DNA from: Eledone cirrhosa
Taxonomy: Eukaryota
Assembly (NCBI GenBank): GCA_964016885.1
Contig: OZ024741.1
Span: 46,314,001 to 46,378,000 of the forward strand
Direction: 5' to 3'
DNA: 64,000 nucleotides
Position 1 is the first letter of the stretch. Every line of letters starts with the position of its first letter. Under the pieces are notes generated by a model. It was not told the origin of the DNA. It did not search any database and worked only from the letters and a program-made list of their open reading frames with translations. Positions 60,855 to 64,000 of this stretch are shown here, in pieces. The position numbers and the translations under genes are program-made.

Positions 60855-63800
60855 TTAATTGTAAGTTGTGATGTTGCTGTTCCACTCATATTTTCTATTT
60901 AATTTTGGTTTTAATTCTTTTATGCTTACTGCCTCTGTAATTTGCCTAAACATTGCGTCTTTCTTGTGTGTGGATTCTATTTTTATTTCTATGCTCTCTA
61001 ATTTACCCCTGTGTTCTATCTTAGCATGTTGGTAGAGCACAGATGATTCTTTACTATCTTGGAGGTCTCGCCAGTGTTCATTTATTCGTTCCCCTATACT
61101 ACGAGCTGTCTCACCTATGTACACTATATTTTTGTCTCTACATTGTCCCTCAGTACATCTTATGCTATATACTACATTTCTAGTTTTACAGTTAATATGG
61201 GGGCTTATTTTACAGGTTATACATTTCTTATCTATTCATGAGGGTCTTTGGAACGGGTATGTCTTGCTAATAAGTGTTTTTACGGAGGTACCAGGTCTTT
61301 CTACTATCTTAATATTGAGATTATGTTTCTTTAGGGCCCTTCTAAATTTGTAGGCTAGTTCACCTCTAGGGGTTGTATTGATGAACATTACACTCTGGTA
61401 TTTATTGCTATCATACCATGAGTTTATTCTATTGGCCTTGTTCTTAGTTCTTTCTATTCTATTCCAAAATTTGCTCCTATACAAGGGGCAGGTCCCATTT
61501 ATGTCATTATTTACCATTTTTTCCCATTTGGTTCTGGCTCCTTTATACACTCTGATTCTATCTCTCTGATTGTAGCCAGAGAACTGCATACGGTGGATGA
61601 AGTGTTGTATGTGTCTCTCTAGTTCTTCGGGGTTGCACATGCGGGACACATTTCTCATCACCCGTATCAAATCCGCAATCAGTATGTTGATTTTGGTATG
61701 GTCCGAAATGGCCGAGTTTCGGTGGATCAGATGTTTGGAAGTCATGGGTTTGGCATAATGGGAATGGAGGATTTGTTTTTGGTTGTTAATAGTATCTAAC
61801 CAGAGCTCTGTGTCTAGTACAGGTAATCGATGGTTGGGGTGTCTACTTGGGTAGTCTATAGTAACTCTAATGCTCTGGTGGATGGAGTTTGCTATTTGCT
61901 GGATGCTTTCCATTGTGTTTTTCTCAGGTTCCTGACTGTTCTTTAGTGGGGGTGTCTTAACTACGATGTTTATATCATCTACGTAGCGGGAGTACATTAT
62001 CAGGGTTAATCTGTCTTCTAATTGTTCTTTAAGTTTTTGTTTAAGTCTACTGTCCCACCATACCATGAACAAGTTAGCTATGTCGCCTGCAATGCTAACA
62101 CCAATGGCTGCTCCTTCCTCTTGGGCATATGTTTTACCATTAAATTTGAACATATGTTCCTTAAGGGTTAATTTTATGCTGGCCCCTACCGCATGTGCAA
62201 TCATTTTCTTCAGTTCATCGTGGTTTTCGGGTGTCCGTATGGCTCTGGTCCACCCGTTCCATCTATCTGTGTGGGTTTTCTTGGCCATTGAGGTAATGGT
62301 AGGTGGTCTGCCTCTTGCTGGTCTTGTAGGGCACAGGTTGCTAAGGTCATAAGTGTCTAGGTAACTATTACTATGGGTAAGCTTAAGTAGAAGTCCCAGC
62401 TCACTGGTATCAATCCCACGGAACTCAACCTTGCTCTCGCTGATCATTTCGACGCATTTCTCCACAGCAAAATCCACGTCAATAGATGGATACAGGGACA
62501 CAACATCCATACTGCCTATTATGCAGTTTGTTAGGTCCCCAGATCGGTTACCCGCGTCGATTCTGCTGAGGAGGTCCTCCGTGCTGTCACACACATCTGG
62601 GGACATCTCAATGATGGGGCGTATGATCAGGGAGAGGAAGTAGGACAGTCTGTAGTTACTAGCAATGTTAGCCCCACAGACTGGCCGTGTTGGTGGTCCC
62701 GCGACAGGGTCCCAGCCCGTTTTATGGTCTTTTCGAAGCCCATACAACGCCGGCACGTCATTGTTCCAGGCCTGGAAGTTGTTGGCAGTCCTTTTGTTGG
62801 GCTGCATTATATTTGTCCACATCACCATATGGGCATTGAGGGTTTTTTTTTCTCTGTCTTCATGCTCCTGTGGTGTTACCTCTCTTGTGTTAGTGATGTG
62901 GGGTTGCATTGCCTGGATGTAGTTTGGCAGGCTGTCAACCGACATTCTGCCGGACTTGTCTGTTGGAAAGCATGCTATCTCTCCATTACGCGAGCGCTGC
63001 ATGAGCTCACGCAAGCCATTTGCAGATTCTTCTCCCAGTTGCTGGGCCTCTATTCTATTATGCTTCTTGCTATACTGTTCTATAATATTTCTAAGTTCGG
63101 ATTTAGCTATACTAAATTGTGCTTCTGTTTGTTCATCGACCTGCGACGGCAACTGCGTGCGTTTGTTAAATGGCAAAGTCGTGGCGTGGACTCGTCGTAG
63201 GTCGAATGATTTATCGGAGGGGTTATAAAACGGAGAGTTCCAGGCTGCTGCTTTATGTGTACTTGCGCTATTGTTAGTTGTGTTGTTTCTATTTCCACCA
63301 ACAGCAGCAGCCTCAGCTTCATGGTTGTTTCTATGTCTCTCATAATTACTCCTATCTCTTTCCACTGGCTCAATGTTGTTATCTACCCTATTTTGTGTGT
63401 CTGTGTGTTCGTCTTGGTTATTCTCTTTGTCCTTAGTCTCCCTACTCCTTTTAATCCTATTACTTTCTCTTATTTCTCTGATTTCTGTGCTACTGTCATT
63501 ACTTGTTTTCTGTGTCTGTGTGTTTGTTAAGATTGTAGTGGTGGTGAGAGGCATTGAATGTGTGTGTGTTGTTGTTGTTGATGTGTGTTGTTGTTGATGT
63601 GTGTTGTTGTCTCCGTGTGTGTGTGTGTTATCGTTGTTGTGTGTGTTGTTATTGTTGTTTGTGTTTGCGTGTCTGTTGTTGTTGTATCTGGGTATGTTGC
63701 TGTTGTTGTTGTTGTTGATGTGTGTGTTGTTGTTATTGTTGTCTCCGTGTGTGTTGTTATTGTTGTTTGTGTCTGCGTGTCTGTTGTCTCCGTGTGTGTG

Positions 63801-64000
63801 TGTGTTATCGTTGTTGTGTGTGTTGTTATTGTTGTTTGTGTTTGCGTGTCTGTTGTTGTTGTATCTGGGTATGTTGCTGTTGTTGTTGTTGTTGATGTGT
63901 GTGTTGTTGTTATTGTTGTCTCCGTGTGTGTTGTTATTGTTGTTTGTGTCTGCGTGTCTGTTGTATCTGGGTATGTTGCTATTGTTGTTATTGTATCTGG
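60855..64000 (-). CDS. PLE polyprotein (N-rich repeats, RT, Cys linker, GIY-YIG) with one in-frame TGA at 61236-61238
   Basis: TDKSGR, KDHK..GPPTRPVCGA, SMDVVSLYPSI, RYVDD and SGY motifs. After the TGA the same frame continues IDKKCITC..CKTRNVVY..VYIGET..R..EH to TAA at 60855. The frame is also stop-free from 63554 to 64000. Confidence 0.8.

Larger units (their letters stand above)
60358..64000 (-). mobile_element. Naiad-type Penelope-like retroelement, 5' end beyond the window
   Basis: RT + GIY-YIG ORF, a 3' hammerhead, and a 3' end in (TA)n. Confidence 0.88.

Noticed and set aside
60358-60900. Canonical SECIS downstream of the Naiad ORF
   Set aside because: The ATGA motifs on the minus strand have no complementary helix or opposing GA that I could find by eye. 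A covariance search is needed.

Overview
AT-rich, microsatellite-saturated animal genomic DNA. The repeat repertoire suggests a cephalopod such as Octopus, but that is inference only. No complete host gene is visible, and most short ORFs in the track are microsatellite translation noise. Retroelements, each sitting in its own microsatellite class: (1) two diverged Tx1/L1-like LINEs in tandem on the minus strand (1-11394), bounded by (GATA)n; (2) two R4/Dong-like RLE LINE copies in (CATA)n, forming a ~7 kb inverted duplication; (3) about ten Penelope-like (PLE) families in (TA)n, mostly short head-to-head palindromes carrying type I hammerhead ribozymes; (4) a long Naiad-type PLE (60358 to beyond 64000) whose single RT+GIY-YIG frame is broken only by one TGA at a Cys-like position (candidate selenocysteine). 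Also present: tRNA-SINEs, a mariner remnant and MITEs, a Helitron-like element and a 5 kb CAC-rich satellite. The most unusual signal is shared splice-site architecture in both Tx1 elements: a 94-nt GT-AG segment in the 5' leader, plus a donor containing a stop codon and an acceptor-like site just before ORF2, whose joining is in frame with ORF2. All alignments and folds were done by eye.
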